A stretch of 64,000 bases of DNA. Origin: Octopus vulgaris. Its lineage: Eukaryota. The stretch lies in NCBI GenBank assembly GCA_951406725.2, contig OX597823.1, forward strand, positions 69,874,001 through 69,938,000. The letters are read 5' to 3'. The notes under the pieces were generated by a model. It did not search any database and was not told where the DNA came from. It worked only from the letters and a program-made list of their open reading frames with translations. This document shows, piece after piece, positions 40,397 through 53,340 of this stretch. The translations under genes and the position numbers were made by a program. Every line of letters begins with the position of its first letter. Within the stretch, counting starts at the first letter, position 1.

Positions 40397-41820
40397 TGTG
40401 TCTATGTACATAAACATTGAAAAAGCATCTTGCAGATATAACGATATTCAATATATTGCATGCTCAGCGTTTCAGAAACTATGATCAAATTATGCAAGCC
40501 ATCAAAAGGAACTAAACTCAATAACGCCGCGGATGACCAAAATATTGACCCAATTTCTTTAAATCTCTTTGCTTATTTCAGCGATTGTTGTATTATTTAG
40601 CTCCATGTCATACCTGATCCAGAAAATGCGCTCCAATTGTAACCAATTCATATTTTTTTATACACAAGACATCTTGAACGAACTTAAACCATATGTCTTC
40701 CAGCCGTATGATATGATTCCAGGGAGATTTGGCTACTATTATTAGAAAGTCAAGCCACCAAATAGAGTATCTTCACTCGAGTTTACAGATGATGTTTAAC
40801 CATTCATCGGCCCTAACTGAAAGCTTTTTGATCAAAAGCATTCCAATTGAGACCTTCCCCCTTATTTTTTTTAATACTCATTGTAGCCTTGCCTACACTA
40901 TGTAATAAAGTTCGATGTAATTTGAGAGAGACTTCTCTGCTATTTTAGTAGTCCGTGCCAATCGCGTATAGGCTTCCTTATTTTTATTTCGACAGTCTAC
41001 AAAACAGCAACTACCTATTTACTACTTAACAAAATTAGTCACTGAACGCTTCATCCCTGAACCATATGTACATTGTAGCGTTAGCAGCAAAATACCATCA
41101 ACAGACACTTCAGAGAAAAATATGGATCGTTATCAATTCATCAAATTCTCCAGTTCAACTGCAATTATTTTTAGTAAAAATAATTTATTAATGGTTCAAG
41201 ACATCAGGAAATTTTCTTTTTGACAAGGATAGAGAAAAAACAAGCTGCGCTAAAGGTCTTCTCTGAGAAATTAATACTTTCCCTGCAGCATGTAACAAAC
41301 ACTTGAATCTTGACCCAGCCTGAACTATTAATATTTTATTAAATCGGGCATTTTATTTCTGAAATCAATACAAATGATAAATGTCTAAATTGAAATTGGA
41401 CGTTGCCTCACTGAAATGACAAACGTGCAATCGTAATTTGACATTTTATTTTTTTTTTTTTTATGCATTCATAGAGATTTGAAAATGTGCTGGTGCAATA
41501 AAAAAGAAGCTAATCCTGGGGAAACACTATGTAACTGAATCCCGCACCTATTTTTGAATGTTTTGATGTAATTACGAGTGATACGCCGCCTCAACGAATT
41601 CAAGTTGCCATTTTGTAAACGTTTATATCTCCACCAACACCCGTTTGGTGGTAATAGTGTGTCGTTATTTATCACCAAATTTGTTTTCGTCGAGTAAACA
41701 TATAATCAGAGCTCTACCAGTCGTAATTATCCAGGCTTTTCCCAAAGCGCATTGCACCTATATACACACCCATAATATGCTAGCCCTTTCTAACACAGCA
41801 TATATACATATATATATGCA

Positions 41821-42014
41821 TACAACTAAAAATAAGGGTGTCTGAGAGACACCACCATTCCTGAAATAGCAGTCAAAAGCCTGACTCTAAGAACCACGTT
41901 AAATGTTCATATCTCATGGTGCAATATGAACATTTAACGTGGTTCTTAGAGTCAGGGTTTTGACTGCTATTTCGGCATGGTGGTGTCTCTCAGACACCCT
42001 TATTTTTAGTTGTA
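41821..42014. repeat. Inverted repeat, ~92 bp arms, 11 nt spacer
   Basis: 41821-41912 is the reverse complement of 41924-42014 with few mismatches; spacer ctcatggtgca. Confidence 0.95.
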
Positions 42015-42110
42015 AAAATAGTATTACCTTTGTATGGTATTTTTCCCATGCTGGCCACTTGATAATATCGATATTATCCTTATTTATAAATATATATATG
42101 CATAGATATA

Positions 42111-42183
<73 letters not shown>

Positions 42184-43168
42184 ATATATATATATGTATA
42201 TATGTATATATATATATATGTATATATATATTTATATATGTATATATGTATATATATATGTATATATATATATATGTATATATATATATGTGTATGAGTA
42301 TATGTATATATATATATATGTATATATATATATGTATAATTAGAAAATAGTGATACAAGAAGGCACCAATGATTGCTCGAAATAGCAAAAGATAACTGTA
42401 CGACGCTATGTGAAACTTCACTGAGTGTATACAAGTCTTGTAAATATACCTAGCCACGTCTCTCTAGACGATACATTAATTTATTTCGCCATGTTTCAAG
42501 CCAAGTACAAGACAGTTTGTCAGTTGCTTTTAAAGCAAATGGCGTCTGAACAAGGAAGGTTTTATAAGAAAGAAGACGAAAAGAAAAACACAGTGGATTA
42601 ACCAACGTTACAATAAACGAATGTCAGAAAACGTAAGCAAAATATTAATTTTTTTACGATGTGTCCGGTTGCCTATTTTTAAATTCCGCCATGATGTATT
42701 TCTTACAATGCGGACATAAAGAAAAATCTCGTTCCTGAAATTTACACAGTCGTAGGAGTCTCTCAAGATCTTTAAGAGATATAGCTTCTCAAGGGAACAT
42801 ATTGAACATCCTTTTGACCGTTAATATACATTGATATATATTAGCATATATATGAACAAAATAATCTTATGAATTTGTATAGCAAAATGAACTAGGAGTG
42901 TATTGGATGCTTTACATGCTAAATTCTTAGTTTGTTAACTTTCTACTGGAGACGCAAAACGCTTAAACACATTTCATCGTCGATCTAAAATTTCCACCAA
43001 TCAACGCGTTGGTATTATTATATGTAAGGAAATAAATGGAATAGAAAGTGTATCTTGGCAGTATATGAATTGCAGCAGAGACAGCCCGAACAAATAACTA
43101 ACTCAAACACACACTAAGATGACTGTCACAATTCACTTCACACTCACACACACACACATATGTATATG

Positions 43169-43200
<32 letters not shown>

Positions 43201-43229
43201 TATTTATACATTGGATATACTATTATATA

Positions 43230-45190
43230 ACCAAAGTGACAAAACAATTGAAGAATCTAGCTCTCTCTACAGACGGGATTGCGAAAAAATGTAAGAAAAT
43301 AAGGAACATGGAACTAGACCTCAAAATATCTTATGAAAAAAAACTTCGCTAAAGGAACACCGAGCAGTGGAGAATATAAAAGCTAGTCCTAAATTATTTT
43401 TTCCTGTTGCTAAGCATGGCCCACTAATAGACCAAAATGGATCATATACTAATGATTCATCACAAATATGTGCACTCTTGAGTCAACAATGCAACAGTGC
43501 CTTCTTTCAACCTATGATTGACAAAATAGTGCATAATCCAAAGGAATTCTTTGATCCCCAGAATTCAACTGCACAGACACATCTAGAGATTTTAGATATC
43601 ATGGAAGAAGACATAGTTACAGCTATTAATGATCTAGATCGAAATTCAGCACCAAGACCAGATGGTCTCCCAGCCATACTATAGAAAACTTGCAAAAACA
43701 GACTCGCCAAGCCATTAAAGTTACTATTTCAAAAGTCGCTTGAAACCGGCATATTCCTAGAACTATTGAAAGAAGCAACAGTAACACCTATCCATAAAGG
43801 ATGTAGCAGGGCAGAAACTAAAACCTACAGACCAGTTTCTCTCACGTCACACACATCTGAAATTGAAGAACGCTTTGTCCGAAACAGAATAACTGCATAT
43901 CATGAGGAAAACAACCTCTTAGATAATACATAGCATGGTTTTCGGACTGGACGAGGTTGCCTAACACAACTATTATAACGCCATAACACTTTTCTCAATA
44001 ATCTCCTAAATGGAAAGGACACTGACTGCATACACCTTGATTTTGCTAAAGTGTTTGTCAAGGTTGATCATAGAGTCATCTATCTTAGGATAAGGGATCT
44101 TAGTATCATAGGAAAACTTAGAGAATGGCTCTTTGACTTCCTACGGGATAGGAATCAATCTGTTGCTGCCAACAGTTACCTCTCAGCAAGGTCATCCGTA
44201 ATAAGCGGTATACTTCAGTGTTCGGTTCCAGGACCATTATTATTTACCATAAGCCTATCAGTCATAAGCTCACAAGTGCAATCGGCCCACTTAATGACGA
44301 CAAAAGAATATCAACGGCAATCCAAACTCCAGCAAATGCCATCACACTCCAAAATGACCTAAATATCATTTATCAATGGATAGATAAAAATATGAAATTT
44401 AATACATCAAAATTTCAAGAACTTCATTATGGAAGGAATAGACAGAAATCCCAATATATGGCGCGAGGTTCAGAACACTGACGATATACGGGATTAAGGA
44501 ATAATCATGTCAAATGATGCATCTTTCATCAGTCACATCACCAAACTGACCTCTAAATACAGACATCTCACAGGATGGATACTGTGAACCTTACGACAAG
44601 AGAACCGGTAGTTATACTAACACTATGGAAAACCATAGTTCTGAGCAGATTAGATTACTACTCACAGCTTAGGTCCCCAAATTCACCCGGTCTCATAGAA
44701 GAAATTGAAGGGTTACAAAGAACACTCACTAGTAAAATAACTTCAGTTAATGGCCTCAATTACCGGGAACGCCTGAAAATTCTACGATTCTTCTTTCTTC
44801 AATGCCGAAGAGAGAGATATACAATTATATACGTATGGAAGATCCTGAGGGTGGGGCATGTTCCAAACATCGGCATTAAAGTGAATTTCAATGCTCGAAC
44901 TCACGAGCAAAAACATTCTATTGTACCAGTCTAAAATTCAGAAGTCCCAAAGAGATTAGAAATATAAAAGGGACCTCTACTGAAACATTAAAAAATCATT
45001 GGATGAATTCGAACGACGATACCGGACCAACCAATCATTCAATGACACACTCAGGGGAGATCAGCAACTAGAAACTTGATCATCGACCAATTTTCAATCA
45101 CAAAGCGACAACAAAATATATAAAAAAAATCAAGGCGGTGTTCCGACATGGCCTCTGTCCGATGATTGACACCATTAAAAGAATAAAAGG
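43230..45190 (+). mobile_element. CR1-clade LINE, degenerate RT and 3' end
   Basis: SAPRPDGLPAIL, VTPIHKG, YRPVSLTS, HGFRTGRGCLTQL, LDFAK, SGILQCSVPGPLLF, SRLDYYSQL, LNYRERLKIL, RRERY; many stops. Confidence 0.9.
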
Positions 45191-45321
45191 ATACAGAATC
45201 TATGATATAAAACATATACACAATATATATTGTATATGTATAAATTATATATACTATTCGAAGTACACTATCTGTATTTATCATGTATATAATATATACT
45301 GTATATAATATATATATATAT

Positions 45322-45520
45322 TACGGAGATGTACTCGCATAGCAAGTGATTTGATCTGAGATCGTGTGCTGGAACGAAAAAAATTGCAGCGTGGAAGGTG
45401 TTTGTAAGCCATTTAAGAAACACACAAAAGCCGTTCGATTGACTTCAACATTTAAGTTTAATTTGTCAACATATTTTCGTCGCTAAAATCCGCGACCTCT
45501 TCACTGACAAACATCCGTGC

Positions 45521-45525
<5 letters not shown>
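45322..45525 (-). mobile_element. (TA)n-flanked short element with a variant hammerhead-like fold at 45462-45511
   Basis: Minus: UUUGUCA-GUGAAGA-G-GUCGC ggauuuua GCGAC-GAAA-AUAU-GU-UGACAAA. Confidence 0.5.
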
Positions 45526-45575
<50 letters not shown>

Positions 45576-45764
45576 TATATATATTGCATATATATTGTGT
45601 GTATATATACTGTATATATATATATATAAATATGTGTGTGTGTCTGTGTTATAATTTAGAACAAACAGTAAAAGGTTGTCATTACGGTATGCATATATAT
45701 ATATATATATATATAAATAATATGTATATATATATAAATAGTCTTATTCTTTTGCTCTTACTTT

Positions 45765-45795
<31 letters not shown>

Positions 45796-45836
45796 CATCA
45801 TTATATTATATATATATTTGTGTATGTGTAAAGTAG

Positions 45837-45902
45837 GTTTAGAAAAAAAACCATTGGTTTCATATCTAGCGGAAACTAGACATCTCTTCCGTTTTTCTAA
45901 AC
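45837..45902 (-). ncRNA. Variant hammerhead-like fold
   Basis: Minus: GUUUAGAAAAA-CGGAAGA-G-AUGUCUAG uuuccg CUAGAUAU-GAAA-CCAAUGG-UU...UUUUUCUAAAC; three helices with one core change (U4 to G). Confidence 0.5.
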
Positions 45903-46199
45903 AGTAACCGTTCTCTGCAATATATATAATATTACATGTAATGTATAATATTACATACGGACACACATACATACATATATATTTATATATGTGTGCGTGC
46001 GTGTGTGTCTGTGTCTATGTGTATTTAATATTGTACATAATATATATGTACTGCATATATAATATATATATATGTATGTATATATATAAATATATATGTA
46101 TATATGTGTATATATATATATATAAATATATATGTATATGTGTATATATATGTATGTATGTATATATATATATATATATGTATATGTGTATATATATGT

Positions 46200-46259
<60 letters not shown>

Positions 46260-46804
46260 ATATATATATATACACATACACACACACACTTTTGTTTGAC
46301 TTACCATAAATATAACATAATTTTATTTTATAGAAATTCCACAATTAAATTCGTTGATTGCTGGCTTAAGGTTGAACAGATACTGTATTACAGTCAACAA
46401 ATAAGATTGCACAGTAAATTAAAGTTACTTTGTTTCTATTTTTGTATTTTTTATTGAGCTGTCGTTTCTAAAATGAGTTTATTAAAATCATGCTGTTCTT
46501 TCATTACAGCTGGAAGGGAATCATTCTTTCTAGATTGTGGGGTTTCTGTTGTTATGTCATGTTTAATTACAGACGCGATTGAAATATTATTTCAACCTGA
46601 TCTGTTCAAATACTTCAGAAAATACAAGTATTGAAAATATTTATATAGAATTATGCATAGAATATTTATTAAACCTATCTCAAACTCCTCCAGGAAGCAC
46701 GACAAGTTGTTTTGTCAGTATATTTTCGTATGTGTGAGTGTGCACATACACAAGTGTGTCTATAAACACACGCAGACACGTATACACAAATGTGTGTGTG
46801 GGTG

Positions 46805-46990
46805 TTGCAAAGTTTGGGACAAGGTGAGAAATTTCGGGAGGGAGGATAACACGATCGATCCCAGTGATCAACTGGTACTTATTTTATCGACCCCGAGAGG
46901 ATGAAATGCGAAGTCGACCACGGCGGAATTTGAACTCAAAACGTAAATACGGACGAAATGTCGCTGAGCATATTTCCCGTCGCGCTAACA

Positions 46991-46992
<2 letters not shown>
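46805..46992 (-). mobile_element. SINE family A
   Basis: Core and partial head recognisable. Confidence 0.8.
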
Positions 46993-47022
<30 letters not shown>

Positions 47023-47023
<1 letters not shown>

Positions 47024-47796
47024 GAAAGTGTTTTTTGTTTGAAGAAATTTTAACGGGTGTTCATTCTAATGAATCTGGCTATGGTTGGTCAGGATCTGTA
47101 AATGAGAAACTAATTCAGTGGTCTGTTTGTCGAGACAATGGTTTCATTAAGTCGCAATCACAGCTCACTAATTCATATGTAATTCAGAAATGATGAAAAA
47201 ATACTTGCAGTTGTAGGATGGGATTCAAACTAGAATTTTGAGGGCTGAAAAAGGAAAACCTCTTGCAGTTCTAAGTTACCATAAATTCTGTGTTAAGTTT
47301 GTTGCATTTTCAGATGATGGCCTTCTAGCTGCTGGATCTCAAGATGGATCCATTAGTTTGTGGGATATCTATAGGTAGATATGTTAAAATTAAATGTTTC
47401 AGGTTTACTAGAAGATGGGAGAATGCAGTAGATAAGGAGCTAATATTACTTCAATTACACAGATTTGCAGATTCTTCATGCCAGCCTTTTTGGAGAGTCT
47501 ACCCAATGAGTAATGTGTTTGGATTATTAGGGAACATTTTTACAACTGGGTTTTATTGTTAAAGTTGGCTAAGCTAACAGGGGATGTTCGCAGTAAGACA
47601 GAAAGAACATTTCTCTAAAGTTACAATCAAATATTTGAAATGGTGTATCAAGTGAGAACCTCTTTCAACCATCTTGTAAATATATATATAAGGCATATCT
47701 TTATACAGGCATATGTGCATGTGTACGTTTTAATAAAGACAAGAATTTCAACGAAATGTTTCCTTCTTGTACCGACTGTTTTTAATAAAAAAAAAA
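47023..47796 (+). pseudogene. GNB1L: GNB1L-like WD40 C-terminal pseudogene fragment, probably a 5'-truncated retrocopy
   Basis: GWSGSVNEKLIQWSV...LTNS / RNDEKILAVVGWDS / RILRAEKGKPLAVLSYH...VAFSDDGLLAAGSQDGSISLWDIYR* (stop 47376-47378) resembles, from memory, human GNB1L RPDRKILATAGWD...PLAVLAFH...GLLAAGSKDQRISLWSLY; two frameshifts; AATAAA at 47732 and an A-run at 47787-47796. Confidence 0.8.
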
Positions 47797-48269
47797 CATA
47801 TTGAAACCCAGACCAAATGTTTTGATAGGAGAGTATTGTAGTTCGCTTGAAGCATTGCGTATTGTTTGTAAAGAATAAAAAGTTTTTAATAGTACAACAA
47901 AGGGCTATATGTCTGTTCTAATTTAGTCATCCATAGTCTGTTATTTCGGAATAATATTCCTTCTTCAGATATTCTTAGATGGAATCGCTGCTATAATCGG
48001 TTTTCCAACTTCTTTTCTTTTTCTTTTTATTATTTCTTTTGCTTTTAAAGCGTCTTAGCAGTGGTCTTCCAGAATTCCTCATAAGAAGTGCGTGAGGTCG
48101 ACCATGTCTCAATCTCGTGCTGGTACATCCGTAGCGCTGCTTCTAAGTTATGTATTATACGTGCAGCTTCTATTTTTCCCTTCTATTTTTCTTTTCTCTT
48201 TTTTTGTTGTTATAAACTATAGATGAGCATATTATCAAAAATGAACCTACACGCATCCAGATGTAGCTA

Positions 48270-49255
48270 AACAATATATTGATTACCAAACTCCAGCCTG
48301 TTGTTGATTTGGGGCCCTAGTATGTGTATGAGTACAGCTTCCTTAATTCTTAGATTACCCAAATTTCTTTCATTAGCCTCAATTGTGACTGTTATGCTTT
48401 TGTCGGTGTTCCGGCATGTCTAGATGTTTTCTGAAGGAGGAGGCTCTCGTGTTCAGATGTTCTTTGATGCGGGCGTGTGACGGTCTTGTTGTGCTACCCA
48501 CATAGAACTTGTTGCATTTGTTACATTGTATTCTATACACAACATTTACCCATTGGCATAAATCTATGTCACGGATAGGACAGTTTGTTTGTGTGCATTG
48601 ATTGTTGTCCCTTGTTCGTTTCTTTGTGAGGTGTCTTCTCAGAGAGGGGCTGAGGTGGGCTAGTTGTATGTCTAGCCCTTCTCTTCTTATGGCTTTTCGG
48701 ATGGATGTAGTTATCCTCTCGCTAAAATGGAGTATTTTAAGGAAGCATGTGTTGCTGGGTTTTCTATGTGTTCGGCGTGTTGCTCGTCTTGGGTACTTTA
48801 GCCGATTTACAATGGATCTAGGGTACCCGTTGGTTTTCAATATATCTAGGAAGCATGTAGTGTAGGTCACTTTGTCCTCCGTTCTGCTGCACTTGCCCTG
48901 GATGCGTGCAAGTTCATTTCTGGCGTGTCCTATTTTGGCACCAAGTGGAAGGGCTGAACTGTAGTGAACAAACATATCTCTACTGGCTGCTTTCCTGTAG
49001 AACTCGGTGTGGATCTCCCCTTCTTCCGTTATATTCAGTTTGAAGTCAAGTAGTGATAGCGATCCAGTGATGTCGGGATGTTCTGTAGTGAACTTTATGT
49101 TCATGTCCATGTTATTGAACGTCGTGAATATTCTGTCAACCTCTTCACGGGAGGATGTGAGTATGAGGATGTCATCTATGTACCTGATGAAGAAGGCGCA
49201 AACGCGGCAGATGTTGAGTGCTCGACGTTCTAGATGGTTCATATAAGTGATTGCT
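48270..49255 (-). mobile_element. Penelope-like element: RT C-terminal half + GIY-YIG endonuclease
   Basis: ORF 48379-49242: RYIDDIL, SLLD, FYRK, NGYP, VVYRIQCNKCNKFYVGSTTR..ARIKEH; frameshifted end LRIKEAVLI. Confidence 0.92.
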
Positions 49256-50300
49256 AGTCGGCCCGAGAGACTGGATTACATTGGGGATTGATCCTCAAGA
49301 TTGACGGAACTACAAACACCAGAATTACAGACTTATAACTTGTACATACAATATACAAAGCATTATACGTTCTAAGTGCCCTAACAGATAAAGAAATGAT
49401 CGAAAGATGGCAACAGGAAGCCACCTTTGCACTCTCCCATTTAAATTCAATGACTAACACTGTATGTCAACAAATTTGACAATCGTTATTTCTCTATTTT
49501 ATAAAGGAGAAAGATGACGGAGCATATGATTATATACTGTTTTCAACTGGGGAAAGAACTCATAGAAACGTATATTCTAATACGGGTGTAACCATGTAAA
49601 CATGAATTAAGTGGGGAGTCGAATATTACAATTTCAATCATTATAAAAGTGTAGATCCGTCACGTAAAGGATATTGATTTATTCGTGCGATCTGGAATAG
49701 GGGAAGTAGCGGTTAAGGAAGTGGAACGGGTGTATGTGTTAGATGGATCTAGCTATCTGCAGGTATGCAGATAGCTAGCTCAAATAAACAGAGACCATTA
49801 GAGTAACGCGAGATAAAATTGAGAGAAAACTGTTCGTGTCATAATTTATAGCTGTTGCGTGTTGTTGAGAAAATATTTTCATGCTTGTAGCGTGTGTGTA
49901 TAGAAATACTTGCCGATAATCTCTGCTCAAACTTAAATCGCTTGTCAGGCTTAGTCTCCGCGAAGTGTATCGAAAGTAATTTTCCCAGACAGAGCTAATC
50001 TTTCTTCACACTATTAGTTATCTCTTGTGTACGACTATTAAGAGAAGTGAAACGGCTGATCAGACAATTCAGCTACTATTGCAGCCTAGACATTGCCCAC
50101 CGCCACATCACTCTTCGACGCTAATTTTATTTGATATATATAGCATAATATGATTTTTTTTTTTTTTTTTCTACACTGTATGAATAGAAACTCTCATCTT
50201 ATACCACCAATTTTATTTAAAATTACTTCTTATATCTCCTTTTAAGTTATTAATTGTTTATATGATCAATAATATTTAAGTTTATTTACAGATATATTAT

Positions 50301-50679
50301 TCTTTATCCCCGTCTGTCTTGATAGACAATGGGTTGCGCCAAGGGTGGGACCTACTTTGATGATGTGCAGCGTCTGCTGTGACTGAACAGTCCAATTCTA
50401 GAGTGGCAGTCCTTGGTACAGTTGCTGCACACGAACATCGATGGGTACGTGTGGGGTGTTGCTGCAGTTGACCTCCTCCTGTCCCGCCTGTCCAACCACA
50501 GCTGTGCTCTCCTCTCCTCAGCCATAGAAACGCCTTTCCTCACCGTCCGACGCCAGGCAGAGCGGTCAGCAGCTGTTTCCTCCCACGTGTCCACACAGAT
50601 GTTGGCAGTCCTCAGGTCGCGCTTGCACACGTCCCTGTATCGTAGCTGTAGACGTCCCTTGGGTCGGGATCCCGTGGTG
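50301..50679 (-). mobile_element. RTE-clade LINE 3' fragment
   Basis: GSRPKGRLQLRYRDVCKRDL...WEETAADRSAWR...CSNCTKDCHSRIGLFSHSRRC*; TSD agatatattat at 50290-50300 and 50680-50690. Confidence 0.92.
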
Positions 50680-50699
50680 AGATATATTATAACAATAAT

Positions 50700-52400
50700 A
50701 TAACATAATAAAACAAGAAGTGTCCAAATTCAAAGAGCACCTAAAAACTAGTTGTTGTCTCTAAATCGCAACAAATTCATCGTTATAAAATACATTTCTT
50801 GAGAGATTAACAAGTCCATTTTCAACTCAAAGTAGTTATACTAAAAAGTAAATAAAATAAAACAGAAAGTGCGTCCGCCTAACCAGCAAATAGGCGGTTG
50901 ATATTTAGAATTAGTTATGGGAAAATGCTGTGATATGAGTATTTTCCAAACAATAAAAACAACAGAAAAATCGTAGAAATCAATAACACACTAAGATGTT
51001 GCTCAGATATTCCAGAATGCAAACAACTGGAATGCACCCAGAAAGGACAATGTCATGAAGTTCTGATTAAAATATCTAATAATTGCCAACGAAGTACTTT
51101 CAAATATTTGACAATTTACTGGAAAAAAAACCCGAATTGTCTACAGATGAGGGATTGATCCTCAAGATTGACGTAACAACAAACACCAGAAATACAGATC
51201 TATAAGTTCTGCATACAATATACAAAGCATTATAAGGTGGCGAGCTGGCAGAAACGTTAGCAAGCCGGGCGAAATGCGTAGCCGTATTTCGTCTGCCGTT
51301 ACGTTCTGAGTTCAAATTCCGCCGACATCGACTTTGCCGTTCATCCTTTCGGGGTCGATAAATTAAGTACCAGTTACGCACTGGGGTCGATGTAATCGAC
51401 TTAATCCGTTTATCTGTCATTGTTTGTCCTCTCTGTGTTTAGCCCCTTGTGTATAGTAAAGAAATAGGTATTTCGTCTGTCTGTACGTTCTGAGTTCAAA
51501 TTCCACCGAGGTCGATTTTGCCTTTCATCCTTTTGGAGTCGGTAAATTAAGTACCAGTTGCCTACTGAGGTCGAGCTAATCGACTGGCACCCTCCCCAAT
51601 AGATAACTGCGTATGTAAAGAAAAAAACATAACTTTACAGATCGAAATGAAAGAGTTAACATTTTAAAAAATCCCCAATAGCTAATTGATGAGCTCTCTT
51701 TTTATCTCTACCTGTCTCTCTCTTTCAAACACACACACACTATCTTTCTCCATTTAGTATCTTCCTGATGCTACTATCTGTAGCCACCATATTAAAAGAT
51801 TAATTACAGATAAACCTACTGTGAGATGATAATCAAACATCTTTGTTTCGAAACATCGCATATGGAAACGTTAGGAAATCTTCTTTCATACGTTGTACAT
51901 ATTCACTCGGGAGATAAGTTTGAACATGGATTGGAAAAAGGCGTCCAAGCAACCTCCGATAGAGGAAAAGTGATAAACACCAATATCACATTAGATAAGA
52001 AATAACGTTTATGTAATTAGATTAAAGGCAGACAAATACTTCGCAAACTAATGAATTAGATAATTTACAAAACACACAAAATAAATAAATATTCAGAAGG
52101 AATTTGTGGTCACATTAGATCAATACTAAAATTAAGGTAATATGTATCAATGCTCTTATGGCTCTAGTAATAACTAATCAGAGATAAAATTCTCAATGGG
52201 AAGCCAAGTGAGAATAAACGAGACTAGATACATGAACAAAGAAAATAATAACTACTGAGAAATATCAATAACCATGAAGACAGGGAGATAGGGATCTTCC
52301 ATTAAGTAATAAACAGTTATAAAATATCTACAGAAGGACTATAAAAATAGATAGCAAAGAATATAATAGAAATGTCTACTTAACATGAACGAAACAATTC
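50700..52400 (+). mobile_element. Old R4-like RT remnant, interrupted by a SINE; related piece at 49270-49440
   Basis: NWNAP..D, LILK and NYRxI-like pieces; very decayed. Confidence 0.45.
51236..51600 (+). mobile_element. SINE family A dimer
   Basis: Head, core, Tx1-like tail, then junction aaagaaataggtatttcgtctg and a second core. Confidence 0.88.
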
Positions 52401-52904
52401 TGAGAAGCTGTTTGGTTTTTATAGATGTGGAAATGACAGTTGACGTTCAAATCATGTGATTGGGGGTCTAATCCTAATGCAAGGTACCTTGAAAAGTGTC
52501 GTTTACCTTGGCTTCACGCCGACCATGCATTGGGTGAAATGATAGACAGACACTATGCAAAATGTGTGTGTGTGTGTATGTGAAACAGAATACACGTAAA
52601 TGTTTTTCTGTGTGTATGTGTACTGATTTATATTCTCATATTACAAGCTGAGAGAATTCCAATTTAAGGCAATACCTCGATACTTAAAGTTTCGTAGAAA
52701 TATTTATTTAGATGATAGCTCAAGCAAATCTTATTAAAGCCATCTTCATAAACAAATATGGTTGAATATGGATGAATAAAGATAAATATTTCCATACATG
52801 AGCGTGTATGTGTGTGTATATGTGTGTGTGTGAACGAGTGAGTATGAGGGTGAGTGTCCTCATGGTTTGTGCGCTTGTTTGTTCACGACCATAATCTTTT
52901 ATCT

Positions 52905-53115
52905 ACTACCTTTTTCTTGTTTCAGTCATTTGATTGCAGCCATGCTGGGGCACCACCTTGAAGAGTTTTAGTCGAATAAATCAACCCTAAGATTATTTTC
53001 TTAAAAGCCTAGTACTTATATTCTATCGGTCTCTTTTGCCGAATCGCTAGGCTACGGGGACGTAAACACACCAGCACAGGTTGTGAAATGATGGTGGGTG
53101 AGAAACATGGGCACG

Positions 53116-53180
<65 letters not shown>

Positions 53181-53340
53181 GACGGTCTTCTGTTTCCGTC
53201 TACCAAATCCATTCACAAGGCTTGGGTCAGCCCGAGACTATAGTAGAAGACACTTGTCCAAGGTGCGACGCAGTGGGACTGAACCTGAAACCATGTGGTT
53301 GAGAAGCAAGCTTCTTACCACATTGTCCCGCCTGCACCTG
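52905..53340 (-). mobile_element. SINE family B
   Basis: Homologous to the other family B copies. Confidence 0.85.

Noticed and set aside
41464-41497. CIHRDLK / ENVLV kinase catalytic-loop look-alike after a poly-T acceptor-like tract
   Set aside because: Needs a frameshift, is followed quickly by stops, and has no DFG or other kinase motif nearby; probably chance.
47344-47562. 72 aa ORF overlapping the WD40 segment
   Set aside because: Out-of-frame reading of the GNB1L-like end and its 3' UTR.
48050-48120. Possible hammerhead downstream of the second Penelope-like ORF
   Set aside because: A local hairpin exists but I could not place CUGANGA and GAAA boxes on either strand.
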